64,000 nucleotides of DNA, taken from positions 2,355 through 66,354 of the forward strand of contig DATBIO010000272.1 of the NCBI GenBank assembly GCA_036556965.1, in the 5' to 3' direction. The notes beneath the pieces are model-generated. The model did not search any database. It saw only the letters and a program-made list of their open reading frames with translations, and had not been told where the DNA came from. The stretch comes from Vicinamibacteria bacterium. GTDB lineage: Bacteria > Acidobacteriota > Vicinamibacteria > Fen-336. This document shows positions 18,077-26,340 of the stretch, one piece after another. Position 1 is the stretch's first letter, and each line of letters begins with the position of its first letter. Made by a program: the position numbers and the translations under genes.

Positions 18077-19097
18077 TGAGGGTGTCCCCGGGCGCGATGA
18101 GGGCCTCCGGCGGGGGGTTGAACTGCATGGCGCCGTCGGCGCGCTTGATGGCCACGATGATGATGCCGAGCTCCTCGCGGAGGCGGCGGTCGCGCACGGC
18201 GGCCCCCGCCAGGGCGGAGCCCTTTCGCACGACGTTCTCCTCGATCTGGAGCTCCAGGTAGTCGCTGCGCGTGGCCAGCTCGATGAAGTCCACCACCGCC
18301 GGGCGCAGGATGGCCTGGGCCACCTGGTGGCCCGCGGTGACGTAGGGCGAGACCACGCGGCTGGCCCCCGCGCGCACGAGCTTCTTCTCCGCGGCCACGT
18401 CCTCCGCGCGCGCCACGATGAACAGCCGCTCGTTGAGCAGGCGGGCGCTCATGGTGATGTAGAGGTTGTCGGCGTCGGAGGCCACCGCCGTGACCAGGGT
18501 GCGCGCGCGCTCCACTCCCGCCCGGCGCAGGACCTCGTCCGAGGTGGCGTCCCCGCCCAGGGCGATCCCGTGGGGCTGGGCGAAGTCGGCCAGCAGGTCG
18601 GGCTGCTTGTCCACGATCACGAAGGGCACGCCCTGGGCGCTCAGCTCGCCGCAGACGTAGGTGCCCATGCGGCCGAAGCCGCACACGATCGCGTGGTCCT
18701 TCAGCGCTTCGAGCATCCGCTCCATTCGTTGCCTCTCGAGGTTGCCCCGCACCTCGCCCCCGACCACCGCGCTGATGATCACGCCCGCCGCGTAGAAGAG
18801 GGTGAAGACCCCCACCAGGAGCAGGGCCATGGTGAGGACGCGGCCTTCCGGGCTGAGGGGATGGACCTCCAGGTAGCCCACCGTGGTCAGCGTGATCACC
18901 GTCATGTAGAGGGCGTCGAAGGCGGACCACCCCTCGACCGCCACGTAGCCGGCCGTGCCCAGCCCGAGGAGCAGCACGGAGAGCGCGGCCATGAGCACGA
19001 ACTCGCGCGAGCGGTCCGTCGCGCTCCAGCCCCGCGCGGAGGGAAGGGCGGCCCCCCCGCCGCGCCGGTCGGGACGGCGCCGGATGGAAGGGAACAT
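18021..19097 (-). CDS. Two-TM pore-loop cation channel with cytoplasmic RCK (TrkA-N/TrkA-C) domains, MthK-like; non-canonical filter TVGYLE
   Basis: ATG 19097 (MFPSIRRRPD...), TATCCT hexamer 10 nt upstream. Pore helix plus filter ...MTVITLTTVGYLEV... between two TM helices. Rossmann GFGRMG (RCK) and TrkA-C tail. 56-bp convergent overlap with the antiporter. Confidence 0.75.
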   Translation of the reverse strand: MFPSIRRRPDRRGGGAALPSARGWSATDRSREFVLMAALSVLLLGLGTAGYVAVEGWSAFDALYMTVITLTTVGYLEVHPLSPEGRVLTMALLLVGVFTLFYAAGVIISAVVGGEVRGNLERQRMERMLEALKDHAIVCGFGRMGTYVCGELSAQGVPFVIVDKQPDLLADFAQPHGIALGGDATSDEVLRRAGVERARTLVTAVASDADNLYITMSARLLNERLFIVARAEDVAAEKKLVRAGASRVVSPYVTAGHQVAQAILRPAVVDFIELATRSDYLELQIEENVVRKGSALAGAAVRDRRLREELGIIIVAIKRADGAMQFNPPPEALIAPGDTLISLGHRQQLERLEALCRA

Positions 19098-19142
19098 GAG
19101 GGGGTAAAGGATAGCCGATGCCCGCGGGTAGAATGCCGGGCC

Positions 19143-20468
19143 ATGAGCGTGGCGGCGCCGCCCTCGCTGGTCTTCCACCGCGTGGGGCGTCCCCTGCCCA
19201 GCGTGGCGCGGGGCCTCGGGGCCGAGCTGTGGGACACCGCCGGGCGGCGCTACCTCGACGGGTCGAGCGGCGCGGTGGTGGTGGGGATCGGACACGGCCG
19301 GGCGGAGGTCGCGGAGGCCATGGCGCGCCAGGCGGCGGCCGCGGCCTACGTGCACGGCACGCAGTTCACGAGCGAGGTGCTCGAGGAGTACGCCCGGCGC
19401 CTGGCCGTGCACGCGCCGGGGGCCTGCCGGAAGCTCTACCTCGTCACGGGCGGCTCGGAGGCGAACGAGACGGCGCTGAAGCTGGCCCGCGCCTGGCACC
19501 TCGCCCGCGGCGAGCCCGGGCGCCACAAGGTGGTGGGCCGCTCCATCTCGTACCACGGCAACACCCTGGCCACGCTGTCCGTCTCCGGGCGGCCCGCCCT
19601 CCAGGCCCCGTACCGCCCGCTGCTGACGAGCACGCCGCGCGCGGCGGCCCCCTTCTGCTACCACTGCCCGCTGGACAAGGCCTACCCGTCGTGCGCCCTG
19701 GCCTGCGCGGACGACCTGGCCACGGTGATCGAGCGCGAGGGGCCGGAGACGGTGGCCGCCTTCGTGGCGGAGCCTCAGATCGGAGCCTCCGCGGGCTCCG
19801 CTGTGCCCCCCGACGACTACCTGCCCCGCGTGGCCGAGACCTGCCGCCGCTACGGCGTGCTCCTCGTCGCGGACGAGGTGATGTGCGGGTTCGGGCGCAC
19901 GGGCCGGTGGTTCGCGGTGGAGCACTCCGGCGTGGCCCCCGACCTCGTGACCTGCGGCAAGGGCATGAGCAGCGGCTACGCTCCCGTGGGCGCCGTCCTC
20001 GCGCGCGAAGGCGTGGTGGAGGCGGTGGACGCCGCGGGCGGGTTCGTGCACGGCTTCACCTTCTCGCACCACCCCGTCACCGCCGCCGCCTGCCTGGCCG
20101 TGCTCGAGATCCTGGAGCGCGAGCGCCTGGTGGAGCGGGCGGCCCTCCTCGGCGCGCGCCTGGCCGCGCGCCTGGCCGTCCTGCGCGCGCGTCCCCACGT
20201 GGGCGACGTGCGGGGCCGCGGCCTCATGTGGGGGATCGAGCTGTGCGAGGAGCCGTCGGCGCGCCGGCCCTTCCCCCGCGCGCGGCGCACGGCCGAGCGC
20301 GTGACGGAGCGCGCGCTGGAACAGGGCCTCGTCGTCTACCCGAGCACCGGCTGCGCCGGCGCCGACGGTGACGTGCTCATGGTCGCCCCCCCGCTGGTGA
20401 CCACGGACGCCCAGCTCGAGGAGATGGTCTCTCTCCTCGAGCGCGCCCTCGGCGCGGAAGGCCTCTGA
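19143..20468 (+). CDS. Class-III (omega) PLP-dependent aminotransferase (putrescine/diaminobutyrate/aspartate-aminotransferase-family)
   Basis: ATG 19143 with TAGAAT 8 nt upstream. Motifs GIGHGRAEV, GSEANETALKLAR, DEVMCGFGRTGRWFA, TCGKGMSSGYAPVGA. Confidence 0.85.
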   Translation: MSVAAPPSLVFHRVGRPLPSVARGLGAELWDTAGRRYLDGSSGAVVVGIGHGRAEVAEAMARQAAAAAYVHGTQFTSEVLEEYARRLAVHAPGACRKLYLVTGGSEANETALKLARAWHLARGEPGRHKVVGRSISYHGNTLATLSVSGRPALQAPYRPLLTSTPRAAAPFCYHCPLDKAYPSCALACADDLATVIEREGPETVAAFVAEPQIGASAGSAVPPDDYLPRVAETCRRYGVLLVADEVMCGFGRTGRWFAVEHSGVAPDLVTCGKGMSSGYAPVGAVLAREGVVEAVDAAGGFVHGFTFSHHPVTAAACLAVLEILERERLVERAALLGARLAARLAVLRARPHVGDVRGRGLMWGIELCEEPSARRPFPRARRTAERVTERALEQGLVVYPSTGCAGADGDVLMVAPPLVTTDAQLEEMVSLLERALGAEGL

Positions 20469-20521
20469 CCACGGCCGCGGACGCGTCCGCCCGGGCCCTC
20501 GAGGCGCCGGCCGCCGGGGAC

Positions 20522-22729
20522 GTGGCCGTCGCCCGGCGCGACCTCGCCGCCGCCTCCGTGCTCTTCGTGGTCAGCGGCGCGGCCGCCCTCGTCTACCAGG
20601 TGGCCTGGCAGCGCCTGCTCGCCCTGACCACGGGCGTCGGCGTGTATTCCGTGGCCATCATCACCGCCGCCTTCATGGCGGGGCTGGGCCTCGGCAGCCA
20701 CGCGGGAGGCGTCATCTCCGCGCGGCTGACCGCGCGCCGGGCCCTGGCCGCCTTCGGGCTCATCGAGCTGGGGGTGGCCGCCTTCGCCGCGGTCAGCGTG
20801 CCTCTCTACTACGGCGTGCTGTACCAGCGCGCGTCCGCCCTCTATGACGGCCTCGGACGGGCCACCGTGACCCACCTCCTGTCGCTGCTGCCTCCCACCG
20901 TCCTCATGGGGATGTCCCTGCCCTTCCTCGTCCGCGGCCTGGTGCGCGCGCGGGCGGGGGCGGCGCGCACCATCGGCTACCTCTACGGCGCCAACGCCCT
21001 GGGCGCGGCCCTCGGCGCCTTCCTCACGCCGTGGGTCCTGCTGCGCTTCCTCGGCGTGACGGGGGCGGTGCAGGCGGCCGCCGCGGGGAGCGCGCTGGCC
21101 GGGCTGGGGGCCCTCCTCATCGCCCGCGGCGCCCTCTCCGCGGCGGCGCCCGGGCCTTCCCCGGACGCGCCCCCGGCCGCGGAGCCGCCTCAGCCGTTTC
21201 GCGTCTGGCTCCTCCTCTACGCGCTCTCCGGCTTCGTGGCCCTCTCCCTCGAGATGGCGTGGTTCCGCGTCCTCGACGTGGCGGCCAAGGGCGCCGCCTT
21301 CACCTTCGGCACCCTGCTCGCCGGCTACCTGGTGGGCCTGGCCGCAGGCACCCTGGCCGCGGCGCGCCGCGCGGAGGCCCTGCGGCGCCCGCTGGCCGTG
21401 TTCCTGGCCTGCCAGGCGGGCGTCGTGCTCAGCACGCTGGCGGCGCACGCCGCGCTGGCCTGGCTCCCCGCGGCCTGGCCGGGCGTGGAGTGGCTGGTGG
21501 CCTACGGGCATCGGCAGTACGGCGTCAAGATGGCGCCGTTCGAAGGGTGGGCCTTCGCCGGCGTCTACGTGCTCCTGCCCCTCGTCCTCTTCGGGCCGGC
21601 CACCTTCCTCATGGGATTCGGCTTCCCCGTCCTGCAGAGGGCCACGCAGTCCGATCCCGCGACCAGCGGCCGCCGCGTCGGCATCCTGCAGGCAGGGAAC
21701 ATCGCGGGCTGCGCGCTGGGCAGCCTGGTCACCGGGCTCCTCCTCTTCGACGCCGTGGGGACCTCGGGCGTCTTCCGGATGCTGGCGGGGGTGGCGGCGG
21801 CGGTGGCCCTCGTGGGCGCGCGCGCCCTCCGTGACCGCCGCTTCGCGGGCGCCGCCGCCGCTCTCCTGCTGCTGGCCGCGGCCTTCCCCGGCAACGACCG
21901 CCTCTGGCGGCGCCTCCACGGCGCTCCGCCGCCCGAGGACTCGTTCGTCGAGGAGAACGCGGCCAGCGTCACCGCGCTCACGCCCCAGCCCGGCGGGTAC
22001 CGCCTGGCCGTCAACGGCCGGCACAACAGCTGGCTGCCCTTCGGCTGGCTGCACACCATCATCGGCGCCATGCCCGCCGTGGCCCACCCTGCCCCCGCCG
22101 AGGTGGCGGTCATCGGGCTGGGCTCGGGCGACACCGCCTGGGCCGCGGGGTGCCGCGACACGACGCGGCGGGTGACGGTGTTCGAGATCGCGTCGAGCCA
22201 GCCGCGCCTGCTGGCGCGCGTGGCGGGCCAGCCCACCATGTCCCGCCTGCACGACTTCCTGCGCGACCCGCGCGTCAGCATCGTGGGCGACGACGGCCGC
22301 CGGCGGCTGCAGGCCGACGGGCGGACCTACGACCTGATCGTCAACGACTCCATCGACTTCGACACCTCCATGGTCACCCACCTGCAGTCCGTCGAGTACT
22401 ACCGCCTCGTGCGCAGCCGCCTGCGCCCGGGCGGGCTCTTCTGCGCCCTGGCCCGCACCCCGCGCCTGCGCGCCGCCGTGCAGCGCGTGTTCCCCCACAC
22501 CGTCTACTTCCGCGAGGACCTGCTCCTGGCGGGCGCCGAGCCCATCGTCATCGACCGGGAGGGCTGGACGGCCCGCCTGCGCAGCCCCCACGTCGTGGAG
22601 TACCTGGGGCGGGCCCGCATGCGGGAGGTGGTGGCCTTCGTGGAGCGCGCCCACTACGGGCGGCCGCTGCCTCCCGACGCCGACGTCAACCGGGACCTCG
22701 AGCCCAAGGACGAGTTCTTCCGTCCCTAG
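20522..22729 (+). CDS. Membrane-fused spermidine-synthase-like aminopropyltransferase (N-terminal multi-TM domain + C-terminal SAM-dependent spermidine synthase fold)
   Basis: GTG 20522. About 12 TM helices in the first ~430 aa. C-terminal AVIGLGSGDTAW...YDLIVNDSIDFD typical of the spermidine synthase Rossmann core. Confidence 0.75.
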   Translation: MAVARRDLAAASVLFVVSGAAALVYQVAWQRLLALTTGVGVYSVAIITAAFMAGLGLGSHAGGVISARLTARRALAAFGLIELGVAAFAAVSVPLYYGVLYQRASALYDGLGRATVTHLLSLLPPTVLMGMSLPFLVRGLVRARAGAARTIGYLYGANALGAALGAFLTPWVLLRFLGVTGAVQAAAAGSALAGLGALLIARGALSAAAPGPSPDAPPAAEPPQPFRVWLLLYALSGFVALSLEMAWFRVLDVAAKGAAFTFGTLLAGYLVGLAAGTLAAARRAEALRRPLAVFLACQAGVVLSTLAAHAALAWLPAAWPGVEWLVAYGHRQYGVKMAPFEGWAFAGVYVLLPLVLFGPATFLMGFGFPVLQRATQSDPATSGRRVGILQAGNIAGCALGSLVTGLLLFDAVGTSGVFRMLAGVAAAVALVGARALRDRRFAGAAAALLLLAAAFPGNDRLWRRLHGAPPPEDSFVEENAASVTALTPQPGGYRLAVNGRHNSWLPFGWLHTIIGAMPAVAHPAPAEVAVIGLGSGDTAWAAGCRDTTRRVTVFEIASSQPRLLARVAGQPTMSRLHDFLRDPRVSIVGDDGRRRLQADGRTYDLIVNDSIDFDTSMVTHLQSVEYYRLVRSRLRPGGLFCALARTPRLRAAVQRVFPHTVYFREDLLLAGAEPIVIDREGWTARLRSPHVVEYLGRARMREVVAFVERAHYGRPLPPDADVNRDLEPKDEFFRP

Positions 22730-23079
22730 CCGCCGCCCCTCCCCGCCTCGTCGCGCATGGGCGCGGCCGGCGAGCGCTTGATCGCCTCGAGGAGGGCGAG
22801 CTTCTCGCGCAGCCCGATGCGCGTGATCTGCACGCCGAAGCCGCGGGGGAGGTCGGGCGCGCGCGGGTCGGCGGGCTCGTTGAGCCAGGTCACGCGCGCC
22901 TGCACGCGAAAGGGGTCCAGGCCGCCGAGGGCCAGCTCGAGCTCGAGGACCTGGCCGGTGAAGACGGCCAGCTCGGTGGCCAGGAACAGCCCGCCCACGC
23001 TGACGTTGGCCACGGGCAGCTCCATGCCGTCCAGGCGGCAGGCGATGGCGGGGAGGAGGAACCGGTCGCGCGCCTTCAC
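22726..23079 (-). CDS. Stand-alone PilZ-domain protein (c-di-GMP effector)
   Basis: GTG 23079 overlapping the upstream stop (GTGA). 117 aa single PilZ-like barrel (LPVANVSVGGLFLATEL...RVQARVTWL). Confidence 0.6.
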   Translation of the reverse strand: MKARDRFLLPAIACRLDGMELPVANVSVGGLFLATELAVFTGQVLELELALGGLDPFRVQARVTWLNEPADPRAPDLPRGFGVQITRIGLREKLALLEAIKRSPAAPMRDEAGRGGG

Positions 23080-23288
23080 GTGGCCTTGGGGAAGTGCCGG
23101 TCGACCCAGGCCCGCACGCGCGCCTCCACCTCCGGCTCCGTGCCGCCCGAGAACCGCTCGGCGGCGGGCCGCGCGGACATGGTGGCGGCCACGAAGACCT
23201 CGGCGTGCACCACCTCGCCCTCGCGGTAGAGGTAGGCGTGGACGTCGCCCCCCGGCCGGCGGAACTTCAGGAGGCGCCCCGTCTTCAC
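23076..23288 (-). CDS. Small hypothetical protein (~70 aa)
   Basis: GTG 23288; in-frame coding-like GC3 bias; translationally coupled to the downstream PilZ gene; no family recognised. Confidence 0.4.
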   Translation of the reverse strand: MKTGRLLKFRRPGGDVHAYLYREGEVVHAEVFVAATMSARPAAERFSGGTEPEVEARVRAWVDRHFPKAT

Positions 23289-23302
23289 GCTACCGCACGT
23301 TA

Positions 23303-24349
23303 CTACGGCTGCCCGCGCGCGGGCGGGGCGGCGGGCGCTTTGAACAGCGTGGCGGCGGCCGCCGCCGGGAGCGGCCGCGCGAGGGCGGCGAACCAGGTGT
23401 CGGCCATGATCTCGTAGCCGCGGTCGTTGGGGTGGACGTGGTCCTCGATCACGGTGCCGATGTCGCCGCCGCTGGCCTGCACCAGGGCCGCGTTGATGTC
23501 CACGAGGAGGGCGCCCTCCTCGCGGGCCATGGCCCTCAGCTCCTCGTTGCGCTCGTTCACCCAGTCCTGGCGCGACTCCGGCGTACGGAAGTCGTAGCCC
23601 ACGTTGATGGGGGGGATGGTCCCCACCACGGGCAGGCTCTCCGCCGCCTTCACGTCCCGCACGATGCTGCGCACGCTCTCCAGGGTGAAGCAGGTCTCCG
23701 CCTCGTCGCAGAGGGAGTCGTTCCAGTCGTTGGTGCCGTAGAGGACCAGGGTGTAGGCGGGCCGTCGGCGGTCCAGGCTGCCCCCGATGCGCTGGGCGCC
23801 GCGGTCGGACCGCGTGCCGCTGATGCCCTCGTCGTAGACGGTCGCGTCGCCGAAGTGGGCGGCCAGCAGGGCCTCCAGCATCACGCGGTAGCCGTCGCCG
23901 TCGCTGGACCCGTCCCCCACCGTGATGCTGTCGCCGAAGCCCATGTAGGTGTACGGGTTGTTGACCCCGATGGCCAGGGTCAGCCCCAGGAAGGCCTCCT
24001 CCGTGGCCGGCGACCGGACGGTGACCGTCACCCCCGGCACGGTCTGGTAGAAGGCGGGCAGCGTGGACATCCGCACCGAGGCGGTGTGAACGCCTTCCGG
24101 CACCCCGTTGACCACCAGGTAGCCGTTGCCCGTCGCCGAGGTCGCGCTGCGGCCGGCCACCGTGACCTCCACCCCGGGCACGCGGCCGATCTCGTCGGGG
24201 TCGGCCACGCCGTCGGCGTCCACGTCGTAGAACACGACCACGGGGACGGGGTGCGTCGGGGTGGGGGGAGGGGGGGTCATCGGACCCTCGCCCCCGCAGG
24301 CCGTGAGGCCCAGGAGGGGCAGGAGGGCGGCGGCCCGCAGCGCGCGCAT
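23303..24349 (-). CDS. SGNH/GDSL-family hydrolase lipoprotein
   Basis: Lipoprotein signal MRALRAAALLPLLGLTAC (lipobox LTAC). GDSIT block GFGDSITVG plus YGTNDW and DHVHPNDRGY blocks of the SGNH fold. Start ATG 24349 (alternative 24364). Confidence 0.8.
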   Translation of the reverse strand: MRALRAAALLPLLGLTACGGEGPMTPPPPTPTHPVPVVVFYDVDADGVADPDEIGRVPGVEVTVAGRSATSATGNGYLVVNGVPEGVHTASVRMSTLPAFYQTVPGVTVTVRSPATEEAFLGLTLAIGVNNPYTYMGFGDSITVGDGSSDGDGYRVMLEALLAAHFGDATVYDEGISGTRSDRGAQRIGGSLDRRRPAYTLVLYGTNDWNDSLCDEAETCFTLESVRSIVRDVKAAESLPVVGTIPPINVGYDFRTPESRQDWVNERNEELRAMAREEGALLVDINAALVQASGGDIGTVIEDHVHPNDRGYEIMADTWFAALARPLPAAAAATLFKAPAAPPARGQP

Positions 24350-24482
24350 GCAGCCGCGGACCATAGCACGCGGTCTTGCCTTGCTCCAGGGACGGGGCGC
24401 GTTCTATACTCGCGCCCTCCCCGCAACCTGCGCGTTCGTGCTCCCCACGCGAGGGGCGCGTGCCGCGCCGGCGGCACGAGAC

Positions 24483-24821
24483 ATGAGCGAGACGGGAACA
24501 CAGCGCGGCAACCGCCGTTTGTCGGCGCGGCGCGCCTGCCGCCTGACCGTCCGCTACAAGGCGGAAGGCGGCTGGCATCCCGCCACGGCCATGGACCTCT
24601 CGCAGAAGGGCTGCCGCCTGCGCGTGGGCGAGGACCTGGCGCGGGGCGGCGACCTCACGGTGGCCTTCGAGGCGCCCATCTCGGACCAGCAGACGGCCAT
24701 CGAGGTGGCGGTTCCCGGCACCGTCATCTGGTCGCGGCGGGAAGGGCTCTCCTACCAGGCGGGCGTGCTCTTCAGCACCGTGCCCGACGCCCTCAACGAG
24801 ATCCTCGGCTCTCTCGGCTAG
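24483..24821 (+). CDS. Stand-alone PilZ-domain protein (c-di-GMP effector)
   Basis: ATG 24483; RxxxR...D/NxSxxG-like PilZ motifs (RRLSARRACRLTVRYK ... DLSQKGCRLRV). Candidate promoter TTGCTC-N18-TATACT at 24381-24410. Confidence 0.65.
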   Translation: MSETGTQRGNRRLSARRACRLTVRYKAEGGWHPATAMDLSQKGCRLRVGEDLARGGDLTVAFEAPISDQQTAIEVAVPGTVIWSRREGLSYQAGVLFSTVPDALNEILGSLG

Positions 24822-24894
24822 GCCGGCCACCCGCCCGCCCCGGCGAAGGTAAGATTCCCGGCGTCTCACCATCCCCGATCGGAGGACGCCGAGC

Positions 24895-26334
24895 GTGTAC
24901 TACCGCAGCCGGGCCAGGGTCGGCCCCCGCTTCTCCCGCACCTACACCTTCACCCTCGTCCTGCTGGCCCTCGCGGTGGCGGGAGGCCTGTACGTGACCG
25001 TGCGCATGGTCTTCGCGGGCCGGCCGCGCATCGGCCTCAGCGCCCCCTTCGACGTGGTCGGCCGCAACCGCCCGCTGGTGGTGGAGGTGAACGACCATGC
25101 CCACGGCCTGAGCTGGGTCAGGGTGGCCGTGGAGCAGGGCAACGCCCGGCACGTGGTGTACGAGGAGTCGTTCGCCTCCCCGCGGCCGCAGGTCCAGGTG
25201 CGCTGGGTGCCGGGGGAGGAGAAGCGGTTCCGCCTGCAGGACGGCATGGGACGGGTGGTGGCGGAGGCGCGCAACAAGTCCTGGGGCAACTTCTTCCGCG
25301 GCAAGACGGCCGCCTTCCAGAAGGACTTCACCGCCCAGCTGGTGCCCCCGCGGGTGGAGGTCCTCACCGCGCAGCACTACGTGAACCAGGGCGGCTGCGA
25401 CATGGTGGTGTACAAGGTCACGCCCGCGGACGCGGAGAGCGGCGTGCTCGCGGGCGAGCGCTTCTTCCCCGGCCATCCCATGCCCGGCGCGCCGCCCGGG
25501 GTGCACTTCGCCGTCTTCGCCTACCCCTACGACGCCGGCCCCGACCTGCCGATACGCCTGCGCGCACGGGACAAGGCGGAGAACGAGGTGCTCGCCGGCT
25601 TCACCCTCAAGGTCTTCCCGAAGACGTTCCGGAACCGCGAGATCCCGCTCCACGAGGCCTTCCTCAACAAGGTGGTGCCCGAGATCGTGAGCCAGGCCGA
25701 TCTCCGCGACCAGGGCGACCTGCTGAAGAACTACCTCCAGATCAACCGCGACCTGCGCCAGAAGAACAACGCGGACCTGGCGGCGCTGACCCAGCGCAGC
25801 CGGCCCCAGTTCCTCTGGAGCGAGCCCTTCAAGCAGCTGGGCAGCTCCCAGGTGGAGGCGCAGTTCGCCGACCATCGGACGTACCTCTACAAGGGCGAGG
25901 CGGTGGACATCCAGGACCACCTCGGGTTCGACCTGGCCACCACCGCCAACGCCCCCGTCACCGCCTCCAACGCGGGCGTGGTGGTGCTCGCGGAGTACTT
26001 CGGCATCTACGGCAACACCGTGGTCATCGACCACGGGTACGGGCTGATGTCGCTCTACGGCCACCTCAGCTCGTTCGGGGTGAAGGAGGGCGACACCGTC
26101 ACGCGCGGGCAGGCCCTCGGCCGCAGCGGGGCCACCGGCCTGGCCGGCGGCGACCACCTGCACTTCTCGATGCTGCTCCGCGACGTGCAGGTGGACCCGC
26201 GCGAGTGGTGGGACCCGCACTGGATCGAGGACCGGGTGGCGGCCAAGCTGCGGCAGTTCGGCAGCGGCGCCGGCCCGGGCAAGGCGCCGGCACCCTCGCC
26301 CCCGCCCGCCGGCCGCCGGCGGCCGGCGCGCTGA
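24895..26334 (+). CDS. M23-family (LytM/lysostaphin-like) metallopeptidase with N-terminal membrane anchor
   Basis: GTG 24895 with GGAGGA RBS. C-terminal M23 catalytic core (HxxxD ... GHLSSFGVKEGDTVTRGQALGRSGATGLAGGDHLHF). Confidence 0.85.
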   Translation: MYYRSRARVGPRFSRTYTFTLVLLALAVAGGLYVTVRMVFAGRPRIGLSAPFDVVGRNRPLVVEVNDHAHGLSWVRVAVEQGNARHVVYEESFASPRPQVQVRWVPGEEKRFRLQDGMGRVVAEARNKSWGNFFRGKTAAFQKDFTAQLVPPRVEVLTAQHYVNQGGCDMVVYKVTPADAESGVLAGERFFPGHPMPGAPPGVHFAVFAYPYDAGPDLPIRLRARDKAENEVLAGFTLKVFPKTFRNREIPLHEAFLNKVVPEIVSQADLRDQGDLLKNYLQINRDLRQKNNADLAALTQRSRPQFLWSEPFKQLGSSQVEAQFADHRTYLYKGEAVDIQDHLGFDLATTANAPVTASNAGVVVLAEYFGIYGNTVVIDHGYGLMSLYGHLSSFGVKEGDTVTRGQALGRSGATGLAGGDHLHFSMLLRDVQVDPREWWDPHWIEDRVAAKLRQFGSGAGPGKAPAPSPPPAGRRRPAR

Positions 26335-26340
26335 CCGCGG

